Virus record (IMG/VR): IMGVR_UViG_2974697560_000001
Origin: a virus
Taxonomy: Duplodnaviria; Heunggongvirae; Uroviricota; Caudoviricetes
DNA length: 64,000 nucleotides
Direction: 5' to 3' (one strand)
In this document: piece after piece, positions 18,970 through 28,228 of the stretch
Numbering within the stretch: the first letter of the stretch is position 1
Layout: the number at the start of each line of letters is the position of its first letter
Notes under the pieces: generated by a model
What the model saw: only the letters and a program-made list of their open reading frames with translations
Database searches by the model: none
What the model was told of the DNA's origin: nothing
Position numbers and translations under genes: made by a program

Positions 18970-19182
18970 ATGAATCCCGAAGAAGAACTTCGCTTCTATG
19001 AGAATCTTAAGCGTGACCTTCCTGGCAAGGAGAGGGAGCTTAAGTCAATGGAGCAAACTATGCGTGGCAAGAAGGGTGCCGAGCTTGATGCAATTAAGCG
19101 CAAGGCTGGTACCCTGGCAATGGAAATTGGTGGAATGAAGAATACCATCAAGGCCATTAAGCATAAGCGTGGTCTTAAGTGA
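18970..19182 (+). CDS. hypothetical coiled-coil protein
   Basis: ORF 18892.. overlaps the tRNA; ATG at 18970 after aggagag. Confidence 0.45.
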   Translation: MNPEEELRFYENLKRDLPGKERELKSMEQTMRGKKGAELDAIKRKAGTLAMEIGGMKNTIKAIKHKRGLK

Positions 19183-19571
19183 CAGCAGCTCTTATCGGAG
19201 TTTTGCTCCACTTCGTAGGTGATTACATCATTCAGACAGATTGGATGGCACAGCTCAAAACAAAGCGATGGGCACCAGCAATTGTCCACGGTGTCACATA
19301 CGGTGTCCCATTCCTGTTTGTCACTATGTCACCGATAGCTTTGGCTGTCATCATTGTCACTCACATTGTCATCGACCATTATCGCCTGGCGAGACATGTG
19401 GTCTGGGCGAAGAACCAACTTGCTCCAAAGGAATGGCGATATTCCTGGAGCGAAGGTAATCTAACCGGTTATCGAAATGACGGGCCTCCTTGGCTCAATA
19501 CCTGGCTGATGATTATCGCAGATAACACTATCCACGTAATCATCAACACTCTAGCCATCCTCTATCTATGA
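19179..19571 (+). CDS. integral membrane protein (DUF3307-like)
   Basis: 130 aa with several hydrophobic helices. Confidence 0.5.
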   Translation: MTAALIGVLLHFVGDYIIQTDWMAQLKTKRWAPAIVHGVTYGVPFLFVTMSPIALAVIIVTHIVIDHYRLARHVVWAKNQLAPKEWRYSWSEGNLTGYRNDGPPWLNTWLMIIADNTIHVIINTLAILYL

Positions 19572-19608
19572 GGATGGCTTTTAGTGTTTTTGGTGATAAA
19601 ATGAATGC

Positions 19609-21564
19609 ATGGCTAATTCAACACCCTTGCTTGGAGCAGGAAACGTCACCACAGCAAGCAATGCAAATGCGACATCAGTAACCGTTGCCAAGCCAGCTAA
19701 TCTGGCAAATGGGCATTACATGTTCGCAGCTATCCTACAAAGGAATGCAGCCGGTACGTGGACTGTTCCTTCCGGCTGGACCGAAGTTGGCGTAACTCAG
19801 CAAGATTACGTTGACTGCAAGGTGTATTACAAATATGTTGCTACAGCCTCAGCAGAGAGTGCGTCTAACTATACATGGACGACCAACAAGACTGCCGAGC
19901 GAATTGTAGCTATTCTTTGGCTTCAAACCAATACCGACACCACAACTGCAATTGATGCACTAGGCTCTGGTACGGCTACAGCACCCAACAGAACAAGCAT
20001 GAACTTCGCGTCTGTCAATGCAGTAAGCGACCATGCGACTCTGTTCACCATTGGCTATTCCACAATTGCAGGAGGAAGCTCAGCACCAGTTGGAAGCACT
20101 CCAAGCGGTATGACTGAGATTGCTAACGTCAACATCGCTAACAGCGTACCTAACGCTCTTGACCTCAAGGTATCTTATCAGGTTCTATCTGTCTCTGGAG
20201 CTACAGGAACAAGGACGACTACTTATTCACCGGCCGCATCTGGTTCTGGTGGATTCACATTCACAGTAAAGCCTCTTGGAACAGCACCACCAACTGTCAT
20301 CGCATTGAGACAAGGTCTTGCGGACAAGGACAAAATCCGTGTCCTCAGCAGGACAAACAGTGCGACATCTGTCCGCCTAGCAGTGTCACTGTCAAGTGAC
20401 ATGTCCTCACCTGTATATTCCTCAGCAGTGACACCGGACAGCGATGGATACTCTAAACTGACTGTCACTGGTTTGTCCCAGGACACACAGTATTACTTCG
20501 CTCTGGAAATGAACGGTGTCCTGGATGTCACAATCGTGGGACAGACGAGGACATTCCCTGTCACCGGCTCTTTTAGCTTTCTTGCTGCGTCATGCTCCTT
20601 CACTGCATCAAATCATGCAGTCTTCGATGCTATGCGCACACGAGTAGGACCAGATGGATTGCCTGCAAGGTTCTTCGCCCATCTTGGAGACGTGCACTAT
20701 GAGCATGCGAGCTACACGTCTAACCCGATAGCTCCGAATGACCCTGTGGAGCACCGTACGAATTATGAGAATTCTCTGATGACCGCCAGACAGTCTGCTC
20801 TTTGGCGCAATATTCCAGTGAGCCATACGTACTCAGACAACGACTTCTGTGGAAGCAACTCTGATAGCACGTATGCCGGTCGTCCAGCAATCATCAGTGT
20901 TCGTCATCAGATTATGATTGACCCGCCTCTTCCTGATACTCAAGGAAACGGACTCTGGAGAACCTGGGTAATCGGAAGGGTGAGATTCATTCAGACTGAC
21001 AGCCGTACTTATATGAGTGCAAGGGGGTCTACAGATAATTCATCAAAGACCATGCTGGGAGCAGAACAGAAAGCTTGGCTTAAGAGTCAACTTCTACAGC
21101 CAGAGCTTCTGAAAGTCTGGCTACATGACCAAGCATGGGGAGGAATAGCAACAAACCCCGGTACAAATGATACTTGGCAAGCCTTCAATACTGAGAGAGT
21201 AGAGATAGGAAACTTCATCTCTTCCAATCAAATCAAGGTAGTCTATGTACATGGCGATAGCCATCGCCTTTCTGCTGATGATGGAACTCTTAACACAAGA
21301 GGGGGATTCCCAACAATCTCCTGTGCCCCTATGGACCAATCAGCTCAAGGAGGAGATTCATCAGGAGAAGCAAATTCAGCAGGAGTCTATCCTGCTTATG
21401 GAGTTACACAACAAGGAAATCACTACGGATGGTTTGATGTTGATGACGATGGCTATGAACTCTCCTTGATATTCAAGGGGTACGACTCAGGAGGAACACA
21501 GAGAGTAACAATGACAGTCACAGTCAGTCCTGATGTAGCCATTGGATGGGGATATCCTCTCTGA
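19609..21564 (+). CDS. large protein with a Ser/Thr/Asn-rich N-terminus and a calcineurin/PhoD-like metallophosphatase domain
   Basis: 651 aa; FFAHLGDVHYEH, HTYSDNDF, VVYVHGDSH motifs. Confidence 0.5.
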   Translation: MANSTPLLGAGNVTTASNANATSVTVAKPANLANGHYMFAAILQRNAAGTWTVPSGWTEVGVTQQDYVDCKVYYKYVATASAESASNYTWTTNKTAERIVAILWLQTNTDTTTAIDALGSGTATAPNRTSMNFASVNAVSDHATLFTIGYSTIAGGSSAPVGSTPSGMTEIANVNIANSVPNALDLKVSYQVLSVSGATGTRTTTYSPAASGSGGFTFTVKPLGTAPPTVIALRQGLADKDKIRVLSRTNSATSVRLAVSLSSDMSSPVYSSAVTPDSDGYSKLTVTGLSQDTQYYFALEMNGVLDVTIVGQTRTFPVTGSFSFLAASCSFTASNHAVFDAMRTRVGPDGLPARFFAHLGDVHYEHASYTSNPIAPNDPVEHRTNYENSLMTARQSALWRNIPVSHTYSDNDFCGSNSDSTYAGRPAIISVRHQIMIDPPLPDTQGNGLWRTWVIGRVRFIQTDSRTYMSARGSTDNSSKTMLGAEQKAWLKSQLLQPELLKVWLHDQAWGGIATNPGTNDTWQAFNTERVEIGNFISSNQIKVVYVHGDSHRLSADDGTLNTRGGFPTISCAPMDQSAQGGDSSGEANSAGVYPAYGVTQQGNHYGWFDVDDDGYELSLIFKGYDSGGTQRVTMTVTVSPDVAIGWGYPL

Positions 21565-21666
21565 GTTGACACCACCTTGAGGCCATGCTAGGGTAGTATT
21601 ACACTAGAGAAAATAAAGAAAAAGATGTTTAGATATTCTCTAGAATCTAGATAGAATATAGGGAAA

Positions 21667-21951
21667 ATGAGACTGTTTGAACTTCATAGAGACGTAGATT
21701 CATCTGGCGTCTCTGGAACAGGAGTGGTTGCACAGGGAGTCCAGTTTGACAATGGGCAGTGTTGTATGACATGGTTGACCTCTTGGAACTCAGTTGCTGT
21801 GTATCCAAACATTGAGACTCTTGAGAACATCCATGGGCACAACGGTAACACTCGTGTAGTCTTTGTTGAAGGCCCGGTAGAGAAGACTGTCAGAGTTGCT
21901 GGCAAGGACGTTCCAGTCCAGTCAGTTGACAGGTTCTCCGAGAACCGGTAG
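21667..21951 (+). CDS. hypothetical protein
   Basis: ORF track 94 aa. Confidence 0.45.
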   Translation: MRLFELHRDVDSSGVSGTGVVAQGVQFDNGQCCMTWLTSWNSVAVYPNIETLENIHGHNGNTRVVFVEGPVEKTVRVAGKDVPVQSVDRFSENR

Positions 21952-22028
21952 AGTAGAACGTAGATGGTCGGCAAGCAGGTAAGAGAGGAACACAGGAGCT
22001 TGAGCCACAACCCCTCCGCCATCACCTT

Positions 22029-22104
22029 GCGTCTGTAGTATAGTCTGGTCTAATGCACCTGATTGTCAATCAGGAAATCGCGGGTTCGAATCCCGTCAGG
22101 CGCG
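22029..22104 (+). tRNA. tRNA-Asp (GTC)
   Basis: acceptor GCGTCTG/CAGGCGC, anticodon arm CCTGA-TTGTCAA-TCAGG, T-arm GCGGG-TTCGAAT-CCCGT. Confidence 0.75.
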
Positions 22105-22105
22105 C

Positions 22106-22270
22106 ATGGCTATCAGATTCTGTCCATCCTGTATGCAAAATGTCGTAACCATCGTGCAAAAGTCAAACTGCAAGCACTGTGGTACAGTTACTAAGCCGGT
22201 AGATGAGAAGCTTCCTCTACCAGACGAAGGCGAAGTTAACGACTTGACAGGTAAGCATCGTAAGGAGTAA
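22106..22270 (+). CDS. small zinc-ribbon protein
   Basis: 54 aa; CPSC...CKHC. Confidence 0.4.
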   Translation: MAIRFCPSCMQNVVTIVQKSNCKHCGTVTKPVDEKLPLPDEGEVNDLTGKHRKE

Positions 22271-22271
22271 T

Positions 22272-22460
22272 ATGCCTAAGTACGAAATCAAGGGAACAAT
22301 TCCCTTCGGCAAGGATACTGAAATTGTCGATGATGTGTACGAAGCAAAGAACGAACTGGAAGCAAATCGGAAGTTCAATGCACGAGTGCAGGAGATTTCC
22401 AGGCAGACTGGTCGTAAGACGACAGGTAAGCCAAACGTAACAATCACCCTTAAGCGGTAG
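22272..22460 (+). CDS. hypothetical protein
   Basis: ORF track 62 aa; aaggag RBS. Confidence 0.45.
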   Translation: MPKYEIKGTIPFGKDTEIVDDVYEAKNELEANRKFNARVQEISRQTGRKTTGKPNVTITLKR

Positions 22461-22468
22461 GGTGTTAT

Positions 22469-22539
22469 CCCGGCGTGGTGTAATGGAAACACACTTCGTT
22501 GTCAGCGAAATGTCGAGGGTTCGATTCCCTTCGTCGGGA
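22469..22539 (+). tRNA. tRNA-Asp (GTC), second copy with a slightly irregular anticodon stem
   Basis: acceptor CCCGGCG/CGTCGGG, D GTGT-AATGGAAAC-ACAC, loop TTGTCAG, T-arm GAGGG-TTCGATT-CCCTT. Confidence 0.55.
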
Positions 22540-22557
22540 CTTAAGGAGGCAAGACCA

Positions 22558-22728
22558 TGATGTTCCACTTGAACCTCAAGGTGCTCAAGCCATCAAAGAA
22601 TAAGATGCAGCTACAATCAACTGTGGATGCACGTAATATGGCTGAGGCACTAAGGGAACTAGCAAAGAGTCTAGAAAATCTTGACCTTGAGCATGTGGAA
22701 AATATTGAGGTCAAGCTGTACCGTTAAT
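22558..22728 (+). CDS. small hypothetical protein
   Basis: 56 aa; aaggagg RBS. Confidence 0.4.
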
Positions 22729-22734
22729 AAGCTT

Positions 22735-22806
22735 GCGGGTCGAAAGAGTAAGTCGGTTATCTTCCTTTGAATAAGAAACAGGTAGGTTCGAATCCTACGT
22801 AGCCCA
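22735..22806 (+). tRNA. tRNA-like; T-arm GTAGG-TTCGAAT-CCTAC plus a 9-nt-loop hairpin; acceptor unresolved
   Basis: canonical T-arm, other arms degenerate. Confidence 0.25.
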
Positions 22807-22849
22807 AGGCACGGGTGACTCCGACTCTCACCTATATATCCGCACTAGT

Positions 22850-23179
22850 ATGAACACTGAGCAAAGAATTGAAAAGCTGAAAGAACTCTGGAATGATGGC
22901 TGGTACCTTGAGGATGCCATCGATGAAATTGGTGACCTAGTAGAAGACGGTGAATTCAAGCCGGTACTAGTGGATACCATTGAGGAGCATGAGTCTCGTT
23001 GGATGATTCATACTCTTGACATTGCTGAGCTTGACAAGGGCGTATACGTAGGTGTACGTTGGGAGCGAGGCAAGACGGAGATGCAAGAGAATATCTTCGA
23101 TGACAAGAACGTTTACCTTCTCGAAAGAGTCGAGAAGATTGTTACTACAGTCGATTGGAATGACAAGAAGAAGCTATGA
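22850..23179 (+). CDS. hypothetical protein
   Basis: ORF track 109 aa. Confidence 0.45.
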   Translation: MNTEQRIEKLKELWNDGWYLEDAIDEIGDLVEDGEFKPVLVDTIEEHESRWMIHTLDIAELDKGVYVGVRWERGKTEMQENIFDDKNVYLLERVEKIVTTVDWNDKKKL

Positions 23180-23592
23180 AGAACTGGCTCGGTCATGAAA
23201 TCGAGGTTGGCGCAGTAGTCTTTCGCGGCGGAAAGCAGGGCACATCGTCCTCTTTCCGCGTCGGCGTTGTAGATGACATTAACGAAGAAAAGCGAACGGC
23301 ACGTGTAGAATGGCATTGGGTTCCTAGTAACAGAACTATCTGGGACAAGGACACCTATCAGTATTCTCACATGGATGACAATCGCTACTACGTTTCTGGT
23401 CCTGCAAAAGCCAGCACTCAGAGAACTCGCTACCACATCAACGACCTTGCGCGACTTGATGACGGTATGCTAGAGTACCTAGAACGACGATACAGGCTCA
23501 TTGAAGCCGCAATCCATTACAAGATTCGTGAAGACGACTTTGCTCAGTTTGAGCATGACTTCGAGATGGGTCTTGTTCCTGAATACAACTAA
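23176..23592 (+). CDS. hypothetical protein
   Basis: ORF track 138 aa. Confidence 0.45.
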   Translation: MKNWLGHEIEVGAVVFRGGKQGTSSSFRVGVVDDINEEKRTARVEWHWVPSNRTIWDKDTYQYSHMDDNRYYVSGPAKASTQRTRYHINDLARLDDGMLEYLERRYRLIEAAIHYKIREDDFAQFEHDFEMGLVPEYN

Positions 23593-23617
23593 TTATCCTT
23601 AGAAAGGGTCGAAAGAA

Positions 23618-25270
23618 ATGTCAAACGCACTTAACACTGCTGCCAAGGGTCTGAACAAGACTCCTCAGTCTCAGAAGGCTAAGGCAGGTCAGGTAAAGAA
23701 CAACGCTGGTGGATTCGTCTTCCAGGTTTCTGACCAGGCTCGCCTAGAGCGATTCCTGATTCTGGGTGTTGATGGTGGCACATATTACGTCAAGGAGAGC
23801 ACTCACGCTCGTTCCAACGTACAATTCCTCAACGAGATGATTGAGCGAGACGAAGCCTCTGTACTGAACACCATTGTGGACGTGTCCGTCAATGGTCGTG
23901 CATACAAGCAGTCTCCTGCCCTGTTCGCTCTAGCCTCTGTCATTGCCAATGGTAAGGACAAGCAGGCGGTCAAGGCGGTATTCAATCGTGTCGTTCGTAC
24001 AGGCACTCACCTGTATGAGCTTCTGAACTACCTTACTTCAATGAACGTTGGATGGGGTCGTTCAAAGCGAGAGATTGTTGCTTCTTGGTTCGACCGAGAT
24101 GCTGACAAGCTGGCTTACCAGGCGGTCAAGTACCGTTCTCGTAAGTTTGGTGAGCAGACTTGGACGCTCCGAGACGTAATGCGTCTTTCCCACCCACGAG
24201 ATGTGAACACATCTGTTGCAGATTTCGTTCTCGGCAAGCCTCACGATGCTACCGATGACCTTCGGGTTATCGAGGGCTTCAAGAAGATGCAGAGGGCTCA
24301 GTCTGTCGAGGACGTTCACAGCGTTCTCCGTGAGTACGAGATACTTTCATGGGAGACAATCCCAACTCAGTTCCTCAAGGACGTGAGTGTATGGAAGCGA
24401 ATCTTCGCTAACGGACAGCTCCGTGGCCAGGCTCTTGTTCGAAACATCACTCGCCTTGCGCGAATTGGTGCTTTCCAGGACATGCGCTTTGCTGCTGCGT
24501 ATGCAGGACAGCTCACAAATCAGGAGATGATTGTACAGACTCGTCTGCACCCAATCAACTTCCTGAATGCGTCTGTCGTGTACAACGAAGGCCAGATGAA
24601 GACCGTAAGGGACCGCTGGGGCTTCGAGCGCGAGGAGCGTGTAAAGGACTGGACAACTGAGAGTGTTATTGCGGATGCCCTCAATGAGGGATTCCACAAG
24701 GCATTCAAGGCTGTCGAGCCTGCCGGTAAGCGAACGATGCTGGCTCTGGATGTATCAGGCTCCATGAGTGCAAAGGCTAACGGTCTCGACCTTAGCTGTG
24801 CTCAGGTTTCTGCTGCAATGTCTATGGCCATTGCTCGTACCGAGCCTGCTCACATCATCCGTGGATTCACGTCCAATGGATATGGCTGGTCTGGTCGCAA
24901 CAGTGACCTCACCGACCTTGGTATCAGCGCTAAGACAGACCTTGCTACGGCAATGCGTAATGTCCAGCGTCATAACTGGGGCGGTACGGACTGTAGCCTT
25001 CCAATGCGTTGGGCTCTGGACCGTGGAATTGAAGTAGACACGTTCATCATTATCACCGATAATGACACGTGGGCTGGTGAAATCCACCCATTCCAGGCGC
25101 TCAAGGAGTACCGTAAGAAGACTGGCATTCCAGCTCGTCTGGCAGTTCTGGGAGTTCAGGCAACTGAATTCACCATCGCTGACCCAAGCGATGCAGGAAT
25201 GATGGACTTCGTAGGGTTTGACAGCAATGCACCTCGCGTGCTGGCTGACTTCTCCGCAGGTCGCATCTGA
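23618..25270 (+). CDS. rsr: Ro60-related protein (TROVE domain) with C-terminal vWA/MIDAS domain
   Basis: GGFVFQVSDQARLERFLILGVDGGTYYVKE TROVE N-terminus; LALDVSGSM MIDAS; 550 aa. Confidence 0.85.
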   Translation: MSNALNTAAKGLNKTPQSQKAKAGQVKNNAGGFVFQVSDQARLERFLILGVDGGTYYVKESTHARSNVQFLNEMIERDEASVLNTIVDVSVNGRAYKQSPALFALASVIANGKDKQAVKAVFNRVVRTGTHLYELLNYLTSMNVGWGRSKREIVASWFDRDADKLAYQAVKYRSRKFGEQTWTLRDVMRLSHPRDVNTSVADFVLGKPHDATDDLRVIEGFKKMQRAQSVEDVHSVLREYEILSWETIPTQFLKDVSVWKRIFANGQLRGQALVRNITRLARIGAFQDMRFAAAYAGQLTNQEMIVQTRLHPINFLNASVVYNEGQMKTVRDRWGFEREERVKDWTTESVIADALNEGFHKAFKAVEPAGKRTMLALDVSGSMSAKANGLDLSCAQVSAAMSMAIARTEPAHIIRGFTSNGYGWSGRNSDLTDLGISAKTDLATAMRNVQRHNWGGTDCSLPMRWALDRGIEVDTFIIITDNDTWAGEIHPFQALKEYRKKTGIPARLAVLGVQATEFTIADPSDAGMMDFVGFDSNAPRVLADFSAGRI

Positions 25271-25272
25271 GC

Positions 25273-25300
25273 AAATCCCCTCTTCGGAGGGGATTTTTGC
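25273..25300 (+). terminator. intrinsic terminator AAATCCCCTC-TTCG-GAGGGGATTT+TTTT
   Basis: read directly after the rsr stop. Confidence 0.75.
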
Positions 25301-25312
25301 TATACTGAATAG

Positions 25313-25453
25313 ATGATTAGCAAAGAAGAACGCAAACAACTCAAACTCGCAAGGTCTAAAGCAGAACTAGTAAGAACTGTGGCATCACTCTGTCAGATGG
25401 CTATGGCAGCAGCTACACTATGCATCCTAGTCTATGTGAACTTCATGCGTTGA
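25313..25453 (+). CDS. possible small membrane peptide (uncertain)
   Basis: 46-codon ORF with no clear RBS; the region could instead be non-coding RNA. Confidence 0.2.
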   Translation: MISKEERKQLKLARSKAELVRTVASLCQMAMAAATLCILVYVNFMR

Positions 25454-25469
25454 CACAGCTCCTACGAAG

Positions 25470-25667
25470 GTGTACTCTCGATACATGAAGGAAGACGAGC
25501 CTGGCGTTTCAATCCTCAGTCTATTGAGGATGTTCAGGCGTGCAAAGAAGGTTCGGCCGGTAGTCGAAATGTCTACCTGTGGCCATTGTAAGACCAAGTA
25601 CGATATCCATAAGGGCCATATGTGTCCTTATATCAGAGACCTCTATGCAAAGATGGAGAAACCATGA
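25470..25667 (+). CDS. hypothetical Cys/His-rich small protein
   Basis: ORF track 65 aa; CGHCKTKYDIHKGHMCPY. Confidence 0.4.
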   Translation: MYSRYMKEDEPGVSILSLLRMFRRAKKVRPVVEMSTCGHCKTKYDIHKGHMCPYIRDLYAKMEKP

Positions 25668-25876
25668 GTTACGATACTCGTCGCTACACTTTCAATGGCT
25701 CAAATGCTCTGGCCGATGAGGTAGCATATCTTGCAGTGAAGAATCACTGCCGTGTTTCAAACCGTGTGACGACTGGCATTTTCAAGAAAGAGCATATCTT
25801 TGTGGTTTTCGGACCTAACTCAAATCTTGACCGCTTTGAGTCCGAGATGAAGACTGCCAAGAGGAACATCAAGTGA
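25664..25876 (+). CDS. hypothetical protein
   Basis: ATGA start/stop overlap with the upstream gene. Confidence 0.4.
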   Translation: MSYDTRRYTFNGSNALADEVAYLAVKNHCRVSNRVTTGIFKKEHIFVVFGPNSNLDRFESEMKTAKRNIK

Positions 25877-26253
25877 GCAATAGCTTTTACCATGCCCGTA
25901 GCTCGGCCCGGAAGTGGGGAGGTGAGCCAGAAGATTACATTGCCATTCACGAGTGGCTTGATGCATCCAAGGCTCACTTCGGAGACGCCCGGCACAGAGC
26001 ATTGCGTCATCACACAGAAGGATGCTGGGAAGCCGAACGAGTCTTTGGCCTCACCATCACAGTAAAGAAGAAAAGAACAGGTGTAGAAGTACGTGTGCCT
26101 GTTCGTGAAATTGCTGAGCAGCATGTCTTTGAGGATTTGGGGTACATTCCTAGCCTTGCTGACTGGTTGAAGAACATGGAACTCAAGGCATGGATGGGCG
26201 GTAAGGTTAAGAAGACCGTTTCTCGTGCTGATATTCTAGGAGAAAATAAGTGA
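25873..26253 (+). CDS. hypothetical protein
   Basis: ORF track 126 aa. Confidence 0.45.
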   Translation: MSNSFYHARSSARKWGGEPEDYIAIHEWLDASKAHFGDARHRALRHHTEGCWEAERVFGLTITVKKKRTGVEVRVPVREIAEQHVFEDLGYIPSLADWLKNMELKAWMGGKVKKTVSRADILGENK

Positions 26254-26777
26254 CAGACAATCTATTTGGACGTACTCTTAAGGGAGAAGTTCAGGCAGAG
26301 GACTCATGGCCTCATCAGGATGACACAAAGATTCTGATTGACAAGCTTGACGAACTGCTTGCCATGGAGCATGTCTCTGCTGTACGATGGGACCAGTACA
26401 CACCGAGCTTCAATGATGGCGAGCCCTGCCGATTTGGTACTCACGCTGCTTATGTCCGTCTTGATGGACTAACGGCCGGTGAGGAAGGGTTTGAGACCAA
26501 TGAAGAAGAGTGGTACGATGAGGACGAAGAAATCTTCCTCAGCTCTTACGACCTGTATACCTATCCCACAAGGGAAGATGGTACCGTAGATTACGGAGAG
26601 CACGTCTACGAGATTCAGGGTATTCCTACCAAGGAAATCAAGACAAAGCTCGAAGAGTTTGAGTCTCTTTTGGACAACAAGGCTCATTATGTATGGCTGA
26701 TGAAGACCTTTGGAGACCCTGCCCGAGTCACCGCAACTGACGGTGAGTTTGAGGTTGAGTTCTGCGAGCACGAATAA
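26250..26777 (+). CDS. hypothetical acidic protein
   Basis: ORF track 175 aa. Confidence 0.5.
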   Translation: MTDNLFGRTLKGEVQAEDSWPHQDDTKILIDKLDELLAMEHVSAVRWDQYTPSFNDGEPCRFGTHAAYVRLDGLTAGEEGFETNEEEWYDEDEEIFLSSYDLYTYPTREDGTVDYGEHVYEIQGIPTKEIKTKLEEFESLLDNKAHYVWLMKTFGDPARVTATDGEFEVEFCEHE

Positions 26778-26785
26778 GGAGCTAC

Positions 26786-26971
26786 ATGTCTTTGGAACAC
26801 ATTGACGCTGAACGTATCCTTGACCTCATTTCCGGAACCATTGATGGTGGATGGAATGATGGCATTGAGGCATTCGTTGGTGCGTCTAACGATGGAGAGT
26901 TTCTAAAGGTCGAAGTTGAAGATGACGACGGCACGAAGAAGCGCTTCACTCTGACTATAGAAGAACTATAG
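26786..26971 (+). CDS. hypothetical protein
   Basis: ORF track 61 aa; ggag RBS. Confidence 0.4.
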   Translation: MSLEHIDAERILDLISGTIDGGWNDGIEAFVGASNDGEFLKVEVEDDDGTKKRFTLTIEEL

Positions 26972-27026
26972 CCAAAGCTTCTCATAATCATTCGTCAGAT
27001 ATAATGATTGTGAGAGGAGGGTAAAG

Positions 27027-27308
27027 ATGGCTTATTACCCAATTAACCAGTTCTTCTACGACTCAGAGACTAACAACATCATCGTTCAGTTCGCTGTATA
27101 TACTGAAAAGACTTACGAAACGGCGCAGATGGACGACCCATATGATGTAGTTGAGGCAGAACTCTTCCTGGATGCAGGTAAGTTCAAGATTGGTGAGTAC
27201 CGTCCAGCAGCACTTGATGGTAGTGTAACTCAGGAGTTCATCGGTCGTGACCTAGGTCAGGCACCTAATATAACTCCACCCAATCCAGTTCCAGAAGAAC
27301 CAGCTTGA
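27027..27308 (+). CDS. hypothetical protein
   Basis: ORF track 93 aa; gaggagg RBS. Confidence 0.5.
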   Translation: MAYYPINQFFYDSETNNIIVQFAVYTEKTYETAQMDDPYDVVEAELFLDAGKFKIGEYRPAALDGSVTQEFIGRDLGQAPNITPPNPVPEEPA

Positions 27309-27333
27309 CAGACTAGTCTAGTCACGCTAGACT
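27305..27333 (+). promoter_or_regulatory. promoter-like TTGACA-N17-TAGACT overlapping an 8-bp inverted repeat (TAGTCTAG-TCACG-CTAGACTA)
   Basis: motif read directly. Confidence 0.4.
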
Positions 27334-27375
27334 AACTTATACAGCGCAGGACGGGGCGCTCACAAATCCGTTCAC

Positions 27376-27446
27376 GCCCCTATAGTCTAAGGGTAGGATA
27401 CAAGATTCTCAATCTTGTGGTCGGAGTTCAATTCTCCGTAGGGGTA
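27376..27446 (+). tRNA. tRNA-Glu (CTC)
   Basis: acceptor GCCCCTA/TAGGGGT, D GTCT-AAGGGTA-GGAT, anticodon arm CAAGA-TTCTCAA-TCTTG, T-arm CGGAG-TTCAATT-CTCCG. Confidence 0.75.
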
Positions 27447-27447
27447 C

Positions 27448-27699
27448 GTGCCAGCTAAGATACCAACTCAAATAGAAGCAAGAATAGTAGTAGCCATCCT
27501 TACCGGAATCATTGGCTGCATCTTTGCCAGCTTCTTGATGGTTGGATGTATAACTGAAAGCAATGAAACAAGCAAGATGAAGGCTTGTGTAGCTAAAAGT
27601 ATGGAGTGGGTAAACGCGCCCGGTGGTCCTGAGTGCAGGAAGCCGCTTGACAGACTCCCACAGCCAAGCTACAGTAGTAGTAACGAAGACAAGCAGTGA
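27448..27699 (+). CDS. putative lipoprotein/membrane protein
   Basis: hydrophobic N-terminus with LMVGC lipobox-like motif. Confidence 0.45.
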   Translation: MPAKIPTQIEARIVVAILTGIIGCIFASFLMVGCITESNETSKMKACVAKSMEWVNAPGGPECRKPLDRLPQPSYSSSNEDKQ

Positions 27700-27703
27700 A
27701 CAT

Positions 27704-27777
27704 GCCCCGTTGGTCTAGCGGTTAGGATACCGGACTTTCAATCCGTGTGAACGTCGGTTCGAATCCGACACGGGGTA
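27704..27777 (+). tRNA. tRNA-Glu (TTC)
   Basis: acceptor GCCCCGT/ACGGGGT, D GTCT-AGCGGTTA-GGAT, loop CTTTCAA, T-arm GTCGG-TTCGAAT-CCGAC. Confidence 0.7.
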
Positions 27778-27789
27778 CGTAAGATTTAG

Positions 27790-27860
27790 GCCCGGTTAGC
27801 TCAATGGGAGAGCGGCGCGTTTACACCGCGTATACGGGGGTTCGATTCCCTCACTGGGTA
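27790..27860 (+). tRNA. tRNA-Val (TAC)
   Basis: acceptor GCCCGGT/ACTGGGT, D GCTC-AATGGGA-GAGC, anticodon arm GCGCG-TTTACAC-CGCGT, T-arm GGGGG-TTCGATT-CCCTC. Confidence 0.75.
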
Positions 27861-27865
27861 CGTAT

Positions 27866-27942
27866 GGGTTTGATTGGTATGACGTTACGGAAAGCCGACA
27901 ATGGACCCGTAGCCGCAGAGGGTTCGAATCCCTCCAAATCCA
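27866..27942 (+). tRNA. tRNA-like, 77 nt; no canonical anticodon arm; a TACGG...CCGTA stem encloses 16 nt
   Basis: acceptor GGGTTTG/CAAATCC, T-arm GAGGG-TTCGAAT-CCCTC. Confidence 0.3.
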
Positions 27943-28014
27943 CTTGGTGATAAAGCTCCCCAAGCTGATAGTCCATATCAGCCGGACACTTGGCGGTGAC
28001 GCCCTTCACCTTAT

Positions 28015-28089
28015 GCGCCGTTGACGGGAACTGGCATACCTAGTTGACTTAGAATCAACTGCTTGGGAGTTCGACTCTCCCACGGCGTA
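28015..28089 (+). tRNA. tRNA with anticodon TAG (Leu by anticodon) but a class-I short variable arm
   Basis: acceptor GCGCCGT/ACGGCGT, anticodon arm GTTGA-CTTAGAA-TCAAC, variable TGCTT, T-arm GGGAG-TTCGACT-CTCCC. Confidence 0.55.
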
Positions 28090-28228
28090 CTCCATAACTA
28101 CAAAGACAAGGATGCACATGGCAGCCTGCCCAAAGGGTGGTAAGCACGAATGGAAGATGTGGTCTGGAAAGTATCGTTGTCGCAAGTGTGGTGAAACAAG
28201 TAAGATACAGCCTACATAGGTTGTTTAT

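Noticed and set aside
25271-25470. Considered the 200 nt after rsr as the Y RNA gene
   Set aside because: A terminator occupies 25273-25300 and the rest can be read as a 46-codon ORF. No long terminal helix is evident, so it was left as low-confidence CDS / unresolved.
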